A stretch of 64,000 bases of DNA. Source: Lytechinus pictus. Taxonomy: Eukaryota. This document shows positions 41,347 to 55,986 of the stretch, piece by piece. The translations under genes and the position numbers were made by a program. The number at the start of each line of letters is the position of its first letter. The first letter of the stretch is position 1. The notes below the pieces were generated by a model. That model was not told the origin of the DNA and made no database searches. It was given only the letters and a program-made list of their open reading frames with translations. Location of the stretch: positions 372,001-436,000 of the forward strand of contig NC_087246.1 in assembly GCF_037042905.1 (NCBI RefSeq). Reading direction: 5' to 3'.

Positions 41347-41952
41347 AGGGATGGTCCAGGCTGGAGATATTTCTATCTCAACAAATAGAGTAAAATTCAC
41401 AGAGCAAAATGCTGAAAATTTGATCAAAATTGGATAACAAATAACGAAGTTATTGAATTTAAAAAATTTGCATTATTCCTGTGAAATAGTTCTAGGCATG
41501 CCGTCATGAATATTCATTAGGTGGGCTGATGATGTCATATCCCCGCTTGCTCTTTTGTATTTTATCATAATATGAAATTAGGTTTATTCAACATTTTTTC
41601 TACCAAGAACTAAGCAATTGGATTGAAAACTGATTAAGTACATTAGTTATTTATTGCCGCAACTTATTTCATCATAACGGAGACACATCATTTCACATGT
41701 ATGAAAAAATGAAACATTTATGATTTCATGTAATAACATAAGAAAAAAGAAAGTGGGGATGTGACATCATCAGCCCATCTAATGAATATTCATGACGTTG
41801 TGCATATAACTGTTTTCACAAAATATTTATAAACTTTAAAATTCAACAACTTCATTATTTTTTATCCGATTTTGATGACATTTTCAGCATTTTGCTTTGC
41901 GAATTTTACTATATTTATTTAGATATAAATATTTTCAGCCCAGACCACCCCT
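41347..41952. mobile_element. MITE, TTAA-AGG (Kolobok/T2-type), second family
   Basis: TTAA at 41343-41346 and 41953-41956. TIRs agggatggtccaggctg / cagcccagaccacccct. Long internal inverted arms. Confidence 0.85.
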
Positions 41953-42275
41953 TTAAGGATTCAATTCCCTCATTTAAGCTTCAAACGGATAAGCCTCCTT
42001 TCTATTTTAATAATTATGGATATAATCATTTAGTATAAGATCAATGTTAGCATCAAGGCATTGAAATACCATCAAGTGTAATTACTGCTAATTATACGAA
42101 CAACACCTATACAAAGGAAAGAGTAAATTCGCCGAAGCAACAACAACAACAACAAAACACATCGGACATCTACTTTTTAATAATGATACATATAAGAAAA
42201 TGTATTCTTCAAAGTTGCATGTGCATTGAAGTTATATCAAAATGATACAAATGCTGATTTTGTGGATCTTTCAGT

Positions 42276-42380
42276 TAGTAGGTCTCGATGTAACCATGGA
42301 CTTTAGTAGGTCTCGATGTAACCATGGACTGTAGTAGGACTCGATGTAACCATGGACTGTAGTAGGTCAATGATGTAACC
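42276..42380. repeat. 28-bp minisatellite (~3.7 copies)
   Basis: tagtaggtctcgatgtaaccatggact(t/g) starting at 42276, 42304, 42332 and 42360. Confidence 0.9.
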
Positions 42381-43411
42381 AACATCGCCATGACTGTGCA
42401 CTTGTTAGACCAGTTCAACCTGACGGCACCGAAACTAAAATATCTACGCATAATATTATGTCATCTTAAGATTTGGTATTTCTATTATTCTAAGAACATC
42501 TAGCTATAATTAACGACATGAGTTATATGATTTGTAGTAGGCCCATGGTTATATAAGTGTATTTTGGAATTTTTTTTTAGCATACATGCATTTCCGAAGA
42601 AATTGTCAAATCGATGCCACTGATTTCCTGTTTATGATGTCATGGATGCCGTATCAAACATGTCAAAAGATATTAAAAATTTAAATTAATCAAGTTTATG
42701 TCTAATATATCAGGATCTGATTAATATACAACGTTTGTATTAACATTTATACAGTTGATGTTTACATACTACGAAAACACTATTATATTAACTTTTCTCG
42801 TCACATTCCACATCCGACATGTCCGAGATGACGACCTCATCGAAACGGAAGAACATTCCAAACTGTCATGTTTATCAGAAGACGCGTGGCGGCTTATCAG
42901 GACACACTTCTTGTAATTAGTGATTAAATTAGCTTATTATCAGCCATGTTTTAATTCAAACAAGAGCTCATAAGATGATAGGATAGGCTATGGGGTTATC
43001 ATAGAATGCCGGAGACAGAAACGTCATGAATTACCTTCTACAGAACGTTTTATCTGCTTTCTTCTGACATACGGCGGTTCAGTAATGTATAGAAAAACAG
43101 GCTTCCCCTTTCATGTCTGGGGACGCGTGTCAGCGTGATAATTTTATTTAAAAATGCTGTTTGCTATAATCTTAAGATTTCTATCTTTTCAATGTGTTTA
43201 TTGTCTCTTGGCTATAAGACAACGGCAAATGTAAAGCATTTAAGAGGTAGAACATGGAGAAAGAGAGCCGAAGGCATAGTCCTTGTGTAATCAATTTATC
43301 AATTTGAAAACTATTTGACACATTCAAAGGTTACATTACAGTATTTGAAAAATATATATTAATAAAATTATTTTTTGTGTGGATTTGAGAAATGTGTGGG
43401 CAATTTGTCAC

Positions 43412-43527
43412 AACCTCACAACCATCATTATTTCAACCAATCTAAAGCAACACTAAAGACACGAAGAAGAACCTCACAACCATCATTATTTCAACCAATC
43501 TAAAGCAACACTAAAGACACGAAGAAG
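43412..43527. repeat. Perfect 58-bp tandem duplication
   Basis: 43412-43469 is identical to 43470-43527. Confidence 0.92.
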
Positions 43528-44186
43528 AAAAAAACATGAACAGCCTTGTGTGACATGCTGACGACAGAGAAGATAAAATAATTTTGGGTAGATTAGTTTG
43601 GCTAACTCATTAAAACCATGTATACATTGAGATGTGAGGCAATATTATTCATTTCTTGATGAATTCAATTGTGAATTTGAAGTCAATTTATATAGAGCTT
43701 GTGTTCTAATCAATACAACAGACCCGTCATGTCACTAACCCTTCGAAAACCTAAGCTGTCTTTTCATCTAACATCGAGGTAATAAAATTAACATTATTTT
43801 GAATGCTAAATGTATATAAGCTGTTCACGTTTTACTTATGGTTCTATTAATTTTGGAGGCCACAAGTGGTTTTAATGAGATCATTTGAAAATCGGCTTAA
43901 CAAAGGATTGGGACGAGACTCACGAACAGCCCTACAAGTATATTGTTTGTTTGTTTGTTTATCAATAACACGAATGAAATCATTGCGATCGTGTTATCAA
44001 TAGGGTTGTATCATACATGGAGAAACAGAAGGGGTAAGGCTTTGCTATAGAATAAACCTATATTTGAAATGTACTCCATGAGTATTGTAACATCTTGAAA
44101 AAGGGGGAGATGCTTAATGTTTAAGACAAATCCGTGGGGGAAAAGGGATTTCGCATCATGCATATATTTATCCTTTAACATGTTAA

Positions 44187-44709
44187 AGGGATTTTCTAGG
44201 CTGAAAATAATTTCATATAAATAAAACGAGTAAAAGTAGCAAAATGCTGAAAATTTCGCAATATCTGATAAGAAAAAACAATTATTCAAATTCTAAATTT
44301 AACGATAAAAATTGCGAAAACAATTATTATGCGCATTGCCATGAATATTCATTAGATGGGTTGATGCTGTCCCCACATTCCCTTTTCTTATGTTATTACA
44401 TGGAGTTATATAAATATTTCATATTTTCATACATGTGTGTATGATATATCTCCCTTATAATATTTTTTTTAATTATTGGAGGACAAAATTTGAAGAAACT
44501 TGATTTCAATAAAACAAGTGGGTATATGACATGATTATTTTGCCCATTGAATTTTCTTGAAGACATGTCATACAGAACTGTCTAACAGAAATAATGCAAA
44601 TCTTTAAAATATAATAATTTGTCCGATTTCGATCAAATTTTCAGTGTTTTATTTGTCAGATTTTCTTTTTATATTTAAATCATACCATTTTCAGCTCGGA
44701 GTACCCCCT
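44187..44709. mobile_element. Decayed TTAA-AGG MITE related to 41347-41952
   Basis: ttaa|aggga...ctgaaaat at the left and attttcagct...cccct|ttaa at the right. Shares internal blocks (gcaaaatgctgaaaattt, catgaatattcattag) with the 41347 copy. Confidence 0.75.
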
Positions 44710-47700
44710 TTAATAATTAATCTATCATTTATGTTCAAATTATGTAAAGCTCTTCTGATCACAACAGTCCGGCTATAATAACGGCTCTTATTCATTGTAA
44801 TCTTTAGTTTAATTTAATACATAGTGTTCACATCACATCCAGCTATCTATGGGCGGAGCGATCTGGTGAAAACGTTTTCCCTTGAAAATAATTGAACATG
44901 TTGGTCACTGTATGAAATATCTATAAACCGAATCCCATCAACCTTCAATCGGTTTGGTTCTGTCAACCTGTATAGACGGATATACGTTTCCGAAGGACAT
45001 AAACAAGGAATTCAACTTTCATCTCTTGCCGATTTCTTTGATTTCTTTTGTTTCATGGAAACCTAGTCCTAGACTAGTCAAGATTGTTCGTAATCCTTTG
45101 CTCAGCAGAGCTTCTTTACCCCTTCTCCTTGACGTATCTCATTCCTTTTTTCTTTCGCTTTCTATTCAGCAATGGGGCGTTAGAAGGGAGATACCAGAAT
45201 ACATGTAGGTTTTTCTTAAGGTATTGTATGACCACCTACCACAAGTATCGATCCGATTCCTCAGGCGAAGGAGGTAGAGAGGAAAATTAGATTAACCAAG
45301 ATCTACAAAGGAAGGTATTGACTTCTGAAGGGATACTCCGTGACGGGTCATTACATAGCCAATAAACCACGGAGAAGAACGCAACGCGCACGCAAAACGA
45401 CTTCATATGAGCGCGAAGCATTTCAAGTGCGTTATCGTAACCCAGACTGCGCACTCATCGATAAAAGCTATCTAATCATGTTAATTATGAAGATTTAAAA
45501 AAACGGACCTGCACTTTAATTTACTTCTCTTATAAATCGTGGTCCCAAGTCCCAATACAAAACACAAGGTTTATTGATTCAAGGAAACGCAAACGAAAAG
45601 GAAACACTCGAGTCAACCTTTTTTTTATTAGTCGACAGGAAGACATAACATGTCGAACATTCATGCCGTTCAAGTTTAACCTGTATTACCTCACAAAATA
45701 AAAGTACATGACTGTATTAATATTAACAATGATTGTATAACATTACCACATCAGTGATAGGTGTATGTCTTTGAGCAGTAACATAAAATCATTACATTTA
45801 CTGAATTCAAGTCTCCTGTTACCATGGTTTGGTCAATGTTATCGTTTATTTACAAACATGTGGCGCCACGTTATTGTGTAGAATCAGCCAGGACCACCGT
45901 CGATTGTAAAATATTGTGACTTCTGTGTGTTGCTCGTGTTTGAGGGAACATGAATGAAGTACAATTTATAGTGAATCCATTTTTAGTTTGATTTATTATT
46001 TCAAATACCACTCAAATATACATCTCAAGCAAATGAGATCATGTCTGACAATGATTACATCTACTGTTTTCCAAAGTCATAGAATGACGTGAAATATGAG
46101 GGAAGCAACCCAAAAAATTGTGATAAGAGTCTGCGTTCGAGGAGAAGGGGGTGGAGTGGGAATGGAAGACAACGGGAGGGGGTGGCTTTCACGAAATTCT
46201 GTTCAATAGTTTTGTGAACCATTCGTTTGTATGATTATCAAATAATTGTAACAAGAATAATATGATATCAGTAGGAGAAAAAGGGAAACTTGCATTTTTT
46301 TGTTGATTTTTAATTAATTCGAATAATTAATGAAGTTCATAGTTATAGTTCTAGAACCCCACTCCAACGAAAAAAAATGCATATATACACTATAAACAAG
46401 TGGTGCAGCACACTACTCAGCATAGCCTTTGGTAAAAGGCCAACCCCCCCCCCCCCCGGTTGTCAGAAAGGCCACCCCACTCTACCCCCGTTCCACTCCT
46501 GCTCTACGAACGCAGACTTGCAACAAAATGACAACTTCATAGTCAAACATTGAGGACACTTTTTTTGCAAACATTGAATATAAAACGTTCAACATTATTA
46601 AGTATTTAATGAGATGTATGTATATATAAAAATATAATAGGTTAACGGTTTGATAGGCATAATTATCTCGGACAGGCTATCAAAAACTATATTTATTACA
46701 AAACAATAAGAAATATCCTCTGAACAATGTGCATCAATCTGTCAATTCCTTAATCTGATCATCTAATTACAATAATTTGTGAATAATAACCTTGTAATAT
46801 CATTTATCATTATTATCGGGTTTTTTCAAGTATTTGAGGATGCCTATCACTTTACCTCTGAGAAATTCTGTTCTACAAGAACATTGGGAACATGCTTCAG
46901 TTTTCGAGAGCACACATCGTCCAAAGACAACAATGACACTAGCCAACAACGGTTCTCCAAAACAAACCACAAATATGAACAAATCTATTAAACTAAAACC
47001 TAAAGAAAAAGGGAAAAATATGAAGTTACATTAATTTTGTTTGAGGAAAGTAAATCTCCAATGGAGTATCCCATAAGGATCACCGGCTATATGGTATGAA
47101 GGTGACTAAATCACGGAGTTCCATTAAACTTATTAAAATAAACCATGGTTACAAATGTTTTTACATTGTTACGTTATTAAACATCGACAAAGCTGTAGAA
47201 TAGCAAAGTACAACGAGTGTTCAAGTACACATCCGCTTACTTTGCCCACTCTAATTGATAAACAAGTTCACCATGATCTCTTCTATTTTTATGCCTTTAA
47301 AAGCCAAAAGAAGGCGTGCAAAAAAGGAAAACTATCCTTTTCTAATCCCTCCCTCTCCTGTCTGCAAAAGACGGGTATGAAAGGACTCCCCCTCAACAAG
47401 AATTATCTCTCTTGTGTTAACCAATTTACAATAACTACATTACACCTTGCGAGCCGTTGGCTTACTCCATGCTAGTGAAGCTTCTAAAGCACTATTGGTA
47501 CACTTAAGCCTAGATTCTAAAGGTTCTGATACTATAAGAAGCTTTTTAAAACACACTTGGTCTCGGGTCGGCTATTGTTGATCGGCCGACATCAAAGTAA
47601 CAATTGAAAAGTAATTCCTGTAGAATCATAGTATTGTTCACTAGTCTTTTGAGTGTCCAGGGCGTTGGGCTTAGCACCGGTTGGTAGTATCTTCTTCAAT

Positions 47701-50700
47701 ACATAAGGAATTAGGCAAGATTCAGAGGACTTCGATACCTTTTGAGAAGAAGAAACAACAAATAAAACCCACTGATGGTTACTGTTTGAAAAGAGAAGGG
47801 TTAAAAAGCGAAATCCTCATCGATGAAAAGATTTAAAATTCCTAGACCAAGTCGAGAGGTCTTTTCATTCTCTCATATCGGTCAGAACTGGGATTTAGGT
47901 GAAAGGAAAGAGGGTATAGTTGTAACAAGATTAATGTTCTTTATTTACTGTTTAGACTGGGTAAATGGCAACGTACGAGTTGAGAGGACGAAATATGAGC
48001 AATACCAGTGTAATCCTACCTATAACGCATAAGAGAGACGCACGTTATCATGCAGTGTTAACGCAATGAGTCGATAAAAAAAACGATTAAAAACATATAA
48101 TAAAAACATTAAAAATGATTAAGAGGTTGTAAAAATCTGTTTAAGATTTGGATGATTACCACTCGTTTTTACAAAACAAAGTAGTTCAAATGTTATTATA
48201 AACCAATAAAAATATATAAGAGACATCAAATATTATATTAAAAATTAACGACGTACCATGAACCGCATTTTTGTGTTGAATAAGGAAATTAAATCGATAG
48301 TAAATAACAAATCGGAACCGCCTTAGAATTAAAATGTTGCACATGAATAAATGAAATAAAATTAATATACCATGAATTCCCTTTAAGCAAATTTCTTGAC
48401 TTTTAGGGCATTGATTATAGAATGCGAAAATACAAAAACTTTCACTCTGACTAACTTTTATACCATGATAGATCAGACTATCATCTAAAATGAAGATTTA
48501 AAAGTTCATAAACTTTTATATCCACACATCTACTGATAAAAGTCTGTTCAACTTGATATTTTTATTAATTTCTTTCAAATTATCCACACGTTTGTAGGGG
48601 TTTTGTTGTGAAAAATGTGGACAATGTACTAGTTATAGGTACCAACGATTTTTTTTAAACACCTACAATTTTTAATTAATAATGTCGTTGTTATTTGAAT
48701 AAAATAATATTTTCACCAGATATATATTGATAATCTATTTTAAAATATGAAAGTCCTTGAATCAGATCAAAAGAAAGTCACAGATGAAGCAATTTCTCGA
48801 AACATGTATATAAAAGATTCTTGTTATGTTGTCTCACCACCCATTCCTTTGAAATCATCCTACCTCTGCCCCTGGGTAGGACATTAACATTTGGCGATCG
48901 AATAAACGGTTATGTTTTATCCTTCTTTCATTTTGATTGTCACATAGTTTAAATCGATACATGCATGGACAGACGTGGGATGAAAGTATTCATATCGTAA
49001 TAGCAAGTAAGCACGTTATATTATTAGGGAAAGTGTCACTTTTGGAATGTTTGGTATAATAGTGACGACATTATGGCTACCAGAGACAATCAGCGGTAGA
49101 TGAGAGGGAGCAAGTCGGTTGGAGAAGGGGGAAAAAACAAGGACGATCACGAATCCAATAGAATAAAGATATGTGCATCAGTCAATAGACACAAAGTGTC
49201 GCTTTACAAAATGGACAGAACCAAGACCTCAGAATAATGAGAAAAGAGACGAGGCAGGGTCGTTCACATGTCTTCCAATTCAAACACATATTAAAACATT
49301 TACCCAAAGGGATGATTATACCCCTTTGGGAAGGAGAGAGTAATGACACTTGAGGCAGTGTTGAAGAACACCTACTTTACATAATACTGCGACGATATTT
49401 TGATACTTTGAATAAATACCATAATACTTGCGGTACAAACATGATTAACAACAATTTCCAAAGCAAGTTTTTTTGGCAGTAAAGAGTGGTTATATTGAGT
49501 TGCATGTGTCTAGCTCATTTGACCCTTTTAACAATGGATGACAATAGCTATTATTGGAGTCTTGTAATATGTTCCTCTACCTTAAACCTTTGATAATTGA
49601 CAATTTACAAAAATAAAACTACCAGTCCTCCCCTATGATTTTTATTATTTCTCATTAAGTGTTTATATCATTTCAAACTACTTAAGAGATTTTAGAGCAA
49701 CGCTTATAATTATGTTCCTGACTTTCTTCGAAATATTTAGCCCTACCGATAAATTTGAAATATAAATCTGAAACCGAAAAATTGACGTATTTCATTTTTA
49801 CATTCGTCCTACTTTTGTTATTATAAGCTCTAAAAATAGTGTTAAATGGAACACTCTTTCAAAATGAACGGAAATAATCTTGTACTTTAATATATGAAAA
49901 TATCAAGTATTTTTTTAATCTAACAATAACAATTGCTACCAATATAATTATATCGTTAATTAACACTTTTGAACATATGAAAATATCTCGTCCAGCTAAA
50001 GTGTTGATATGATACTCCAGTTTTATAGCTTGTGTAAAATATATGGAAAGACACTGCCAGATCAATGCAACCATTACAACGGTATTAAAAATTGGTTTAA
50101 CCCTCTTAAATGTGTAAGTGATATGTTTCTAATCCAACGACTCAAATCATCAGTAGAGTTAGAGAAGTCGGTATGAGACACGATGAAGGTGCTAGAAAAT
50201 GGGTGAAAACTTATCGGTCGATTGAGGAAAATAACTCGCTTAAGTGCGCATCAATACCTCTATTGATACCATGCCCCTCCCCTTTGCTTCATCCAGAGTC
50301 AGAAGGGGGTAATTGAAGGGGGTAACACTTTATGGTCCCTCGATACATCAGGGTAGAATACAATAGCAAGAACTCACGATTTTTGTTTCTTGTGTGGATT
50401 TTTGTACTATTCAGTGAATTTCCTAGTAAAATTCTGAGAGAAATTAAAGATATCGATTGTAGGACATTAATTCACGAAGTAAGAAGAGATTTTCCTACTT
50501 CGTATTCAATCCAATGATACTATCATTGGCCTTCGTATTCATCCGCCTACATATGAAATTGTGTATTTATTTACCAGGGGTAAACGGTACATTTATGAAC
50601 TATTGTACTATGTAAGTTGAGGGCCCTGCAAGAAATTGATAAAATATATATAGTTAGTCTTATGTTGTCAAAATTGTCATTTTAATATATATTTAATGTT

Positions 50701-51870
50701 TAGTCTCCCTTTTTAATCTAAATTAATAATTCTTGTTTATGTTGAAGAACAGAATTGAGTTTTCTTTATTTGGTAACCTTCAAAGATAACGTTTAATCTG
50801 AAAAGGAATTTTAGAAATGATAAGGATAAATGGTAAGGAGAAAACATGAACTTTATTGATAATGTCTTTTCTTGCAAGAGTCAAGATTAATTATATTCGA
50901 TAAAAAATACAAACATAAGATGCTCTCATTTCATCATTCTCTCAGAAACATTAATTTATTTCTTGTTATGGAACGGTTGGCTATTTAGGGCAGTATCCCA
51001 TCGGAAGAATGTTTTAATATCAAAGTTCTCATCTCCATTAAGGATTATTTAAACCCACATTTTGCCAAAAAAATGTGGAGGAATTTTTTCACTGAAATTC
51101 CTTTGACTTTTGTTATTCAGCCCCTCCAAGGCAGCGAAATCAGTCTTATCCTGTTCCAATTATTATGAGAATGGGATAATGTAATTATTAGCTTTACGTA
51201 AGCTAAAAGGACATATTAAGTAGACGAATGTAAAACGGTAACATACTTGTAAAGATCATAAGAATGATACTAGTGAGCGATAAAAAAAAGATAAGTGAGA
51301 TGGGCATTAAAGATCTTGCATTATTGACGCAAAAGCTAAGTTTGTATTTCTATAGTTTATCTGGGTATGGCTCGTCCGTCTGTCGATGAGGCCTATAATC
51401 GCGTTCAAAACACTATTGTAATCGTATTGTAAGAGCAATAGGTTTCTATTCAAAAACTCATTATAACGATAGCTCTGAAAGCGGCTTATGGGAAGCCCAA
51501 CGAAGAGAGCAGGGGTAGTTGTTGGGTGCTCCTGCATAATATATGGTGGTTTTTCTTCTTTCTAGTAGAAAGAATAGAGAAGAGTGAAAAGATATTTGGT
51601 ATTTGTACAGAGGGATAGTATAGAAGAGAAAAGGTGAATTCTCTCTTTGAAGGCTTGTCGGTAACACTACAAAGGTTGGACATCGCGAGGTTACTCCGTG
51701 TCAGAGGAGACCACCCTTCTTATCCACCCCCTCTCCCCCTCTCAATCTTTTATATTTCTCTATATCTCTTCATTTTATCACTTTATCTCTATCAGAATAT
51801 AAACGTATATTAATACATATATGTACACACACACACACACACACACACCCCCGCACACACACACACATAC

Positions 51871-52488
51871 AATTGTGATGAGCAAGGACCTAAACATTGC
51901 GTGGGCGCTTCAGTGAGTAATATATTGGCGAAGAAGCTCAAAAAGCATGTTCACGTGCTTAGACGCGAATGTATATGAATCAATACCTTTCCTTAATATG
52001 TACTCAATATCTATTATACAGTACACACACCACAATATGTCTATATACTTTCATAAAATATTTGTAATAAAAATCTGTGCAAACTTAATCTCTTTTAATA
52101 GCTTTTGGATAATCTTAATTAAGCATTACCAATGCAATACAACTTCTTTTGAGATATATACTATTTTGAGATATATGTATTATTATACATTTTGGGATAT
52201 ATATACAGCACACATAACTTTCAAAAAAATGTTTGTAATAAAAATCTGCGTAAACTTAATTGATTTTAATCCTAATTAAACATTACCGATGTAAAACATT
52301 TTCTTTTAAGATATACCTATATTTAGTAAATTAATCCAAATATATGCATGGTAATTGTAAAGCCATTATGTCTTTTACATCTTCAGATACCTGAAGAAGG
52401 CCCAACTAAATGGCCGAAAGCTTGTACTAATAAAAGTTGAAGAAATCCAGGCTACGTCTCTAGCTTCAATGCTTTTTGAGCTTCTTCG

Positions 52489-52546
<58 letters not shown>
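51871..52546 (+). mobile_element. Microsatellite-embedded non-autonomous element, probably Penelope-like-derived
   Basis: Between (CA)n and (TA)n. Perfect 28-bp inverted repeats 51921-51948 / 52469-52496, an internal ~170-bp degenerate duplication, and a hammerhead motif. Confidence 0.6.
52388..52426 (+). ncRNA. Minimal type I hammerhead ribozyme motif
   Basis: tac-CTGAAGA-a-GGCC-caactaaat-GGCC-GAAA-gct-t-gta: CUGANGA and GAAA core boxes, 4-bp stem II, palindromic AGCT stem III, UH site, 3-bp stem I (tac/gta). Confidence 0.65.
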
Positions 52547-52549
<3 letters not shown>

Positions 52550-55094
52550 GAGCAGCCATTCTTTGAAGGTGTTTTAAGAATATATTGATGTGTGCTTTTT
52601 TTATAATTAACATAACAGATTACTGAATTCCAAAATAAGTTTTTGGAAAACCAACGTTGCTTCATCAATAGGTACATGCGTAAAAGTTAAATCCTCTTTC
52701 ACTGGATATACACCAACCTACAAATATAAATCATAACTGATGAAGATTTGTAATTCTTATAACTTCCTTCCTGTATCTTTAAACCCCAGATATACTTTAC
52801 AGGTAAATCATCCACTCAAGTCACAGATTATTGACAAGTGTGATTTAAAGGTGGTCATTAGCTTCTGACAAATAGGATCATTGTCACTGTATCCCTCCCA
52901 TTTAATACGACTAGGAAGTTACCAATCCCATTGCGTACCAATAATTGCCATTATTTGATGGGTGACAAATGATCAACGAGAAGAGGAGGTCAAATCCATT
53001 TAACCATTCTTTATTTCCTTCAACTGGCCGATGATAATTAGATACATTTATCTTTACTAAGTAGCCAGGGAGTTTCTCATTTTAGTCGTGAAAGTATTCC
53101 ACAGTAATCATAGTAATTGCCAGATGACTTATCACTAAAAACATTAATCAAATTTATTTAAGTAAGCTATACTGATTTTTAAAAATCACTGACTTCTTTG
53201 AATATCATAGTATTGATATGATTTAAACTTCATTGTTAACATGGTTAAGGTAAGGGCTGAAGGTTATAAATTAAGTTTTCGCTCTCCATAGTGTTCATTA
53301 CACGTGTTGCTGTTATATGCGTTATGCTTATTTTGATGGTTGCACAAAATGTTTCAAAAGTAATATCGGTATAATGAAATCACTTTATATTATGGAAGTA
53401 AAAGGTTTCTGTGCTATTTATCTTGTAAGTCTATCATTATCACTGTCTATCCTTTTTTTGTAAAAGATTGTTCATGAGTCATGAGTGTAAAAAGACAGAG
53501 AATAAAATCAGATGAGAGTCATTTTGATGAGTTTCCATCATTATCTTTATTTTTACATAATAAATTGGCAGAAATACCTGTATAAAATGAAAGTTAGAAC
53601 AGCGCATGATTGTGATCTGTGATCTATGTTATTCTAGTCACTATGGTCAAGATGATCATCTGTGGTAATTATAATCCGGATTGTATAGCAAAGACATATA
53701 AACTTGAGCTTCAGGCAGCTCAGAATGCCTGACTATTGAATGTCTTCCATTTCAAGTCATCAAATTGAATGATTTCAGTAGCTTTAAATTGTTATTGCAA
53801 ATTTGTTATTATAATAGGTTTTATGAAACAGGCCCCATATTTCATTCGTGATACAATGGACATGCTGGATAGAGATGGTCAAACAGTCACTTCTGTACTG
53901 AATCATCGATTATGATAAGTGGTATTTAACTCCACAAATAAACCTTAATCATCAACTTCTCGACATATCTCTGTTTCGTATATATCTAGCTTACAAACTA
54001 CAAAAAAAAAACAGAATTACAATTGCATTCTTTCAAAGAGCATCCTTCGGCTTGATTCTTCCACAAATTTCAGCCTTGCACACTTTTCAATTTGTCCCGT
54101 TCTCATTTACACAAAAACATGTTTATGATTGCGGAGCACAGCCCATGGTATGCAATATCAACTTATCTTGCGTATTGCTGTCCAAATAAAGACGATATCT
54201 AGAGTATTAAAGGTGAAATTTAAATCAATGTGAACCGGCAGTATACTATAACTTGCATTTTGTAAAGGGAATCATGATAAATGAGATAAAGTAGAAACGA
54301 ATGCATTTTGTGAGGGGTAATGAGATGAGTTATAGGAAATCGTGGAATTATCGAATCTTTTGAGAATGTCTGGCCGATGATTGGGGGCGCTTAAGGCTAG
54401 GATGCGTGTAATGATAATGGTATTATTTGTTGCTTTATACACAATGAGTCTGATACCTTATTGAGGTCTGATAATAGGTGATTGAGTAGCCCAAGAAGCT
54501 TTGGCTAAGTATTGTCCAACCTTTGTTAGTTTTCACTTCCAATTATCCTCCACTCAATGTCTCATGTATGTATTCTAGAGCATTGCGGCTATCAAAAGTC
54601 CTTCTTGACTTGAAAACATCAAATAAAACTTCTTTTCCCTAGCGAATTTTTCGAATGTCTGAAAACAGAAAATAAAGATAGACCGTGGTAAACTGACAAA
54701 CAATTTTGTATCAGTTTATAGCCAATCATTTTGTAAACATCTATGGAAATGTTTCCCTCCTTGCTCTCTTCTCCCTGTAATGGTTTTCACATTCTTTAGA
54801 TATTTGTATTTTGGATCGATTTGTGATTGCATGATGAATTATAAGTAAAAAGCCCAAATAAGGTGAGAAAATTACTTTGTAAACATAAAAAACAACCAAA
54901 TGATAAATCAATGATAAACCAAATTCAATGCAAAATACATATGGAGCCGCCTTTATATAGCCAAACTAAAATGAGATGTGTAGTAGCTTGGTAGTGATTG
55001 TTCACTAAAGAATGGTAATGTTGATGAGAATGATCTGGAAACATAATGTTGCAGTGAACCTAGTTACAAATACAATCATTTTATTAATGCAACA

Positions 55095-55238
55095 CAGAAG
55101 CGGATCTAGAGGGGGGGGGGGTTGGGGGGTTGCAACCCCCCCCCCCCCCAAACAAAAATCCGGGGACCATTTTTTTAAATCTTATCTTTTTTTTTAAACT
55201 TGTAATTTTATTTTATTATATTTCTATGTATTTATTTC

Positions 55239-55278
<40 letters not shown>

Positions 55279-55546
55279 TCTTTTTGGGGGAGGGGGGGGT
55301 TGGGCGAACAAAATGTCATGGGGGTTAATTTGGCAACGACCTCTATACCAAAAAGAGTGGTGTTTTAGATGCAAGAAAACGCCATTTTCACACACAGATT
55401 TTCAAAATTTTTCCCTACTGTGGGAGGGGGGACACCCCCCTCCCACACCCCCCCCCTCGCTCGCATCGCTCGCTTGGACTCGGTCGCTACGCTCCCTCGC
55501 ATACCACCCCAACCCCCCCATTTATAAAAAGCTGGATCCGCCCCTG
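55095..55546. mobile_element. MITE with CAG...GCGGATC termini
   Basis: TIRs cagaagcggatctag / ctggatccgcccctg, flanked on both sides by caaca (a 2-bp CA or 5-bp TSD; ambiguous). Poly-G/poly-C interior and (TTA)n. Confidence 0.75.
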
Positions 55547-55945
55547 CAACATAACAAAGAATATGCAAAAATGACTGGTCCACATATTCTTTTGTACAAT
55601 TTAACTGTGAATGGTTAAAAGCTCGATGAATACCTGACAGCTACCCACTGGATATCTGTTGCTTATTTTGAATGATTCCTATATGTCATGATTTAGTCAT
55701 TATTATCAATTTCTGTACTTCCTCGATTGACGATGTGTAATCTTTTTTATTTCATTATAACATAAATAGCTCAATGAATATTTTCACATTCAATTATTAC
55801 TAAATTGTGCCCCACCATTTCTAAATTTCAGGGATTGTTATACTGTATATATATTACGTGTCATGCTAATGATGTGTGCGAGTCATTATGGATTTTCTTG
55901 AAGAATTTCTATTATCAATGTATAAATATTATGCATTATAACCCC

Positions 55946-55947
<2 letters not shown>

Positions 55948-55984
<37 letters not shown>

Positions 55985-55986
55985 AC
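55948..55986. repeat. (CA)n microsatellite
   Basis: Directly visible. Confidence 0.95.
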
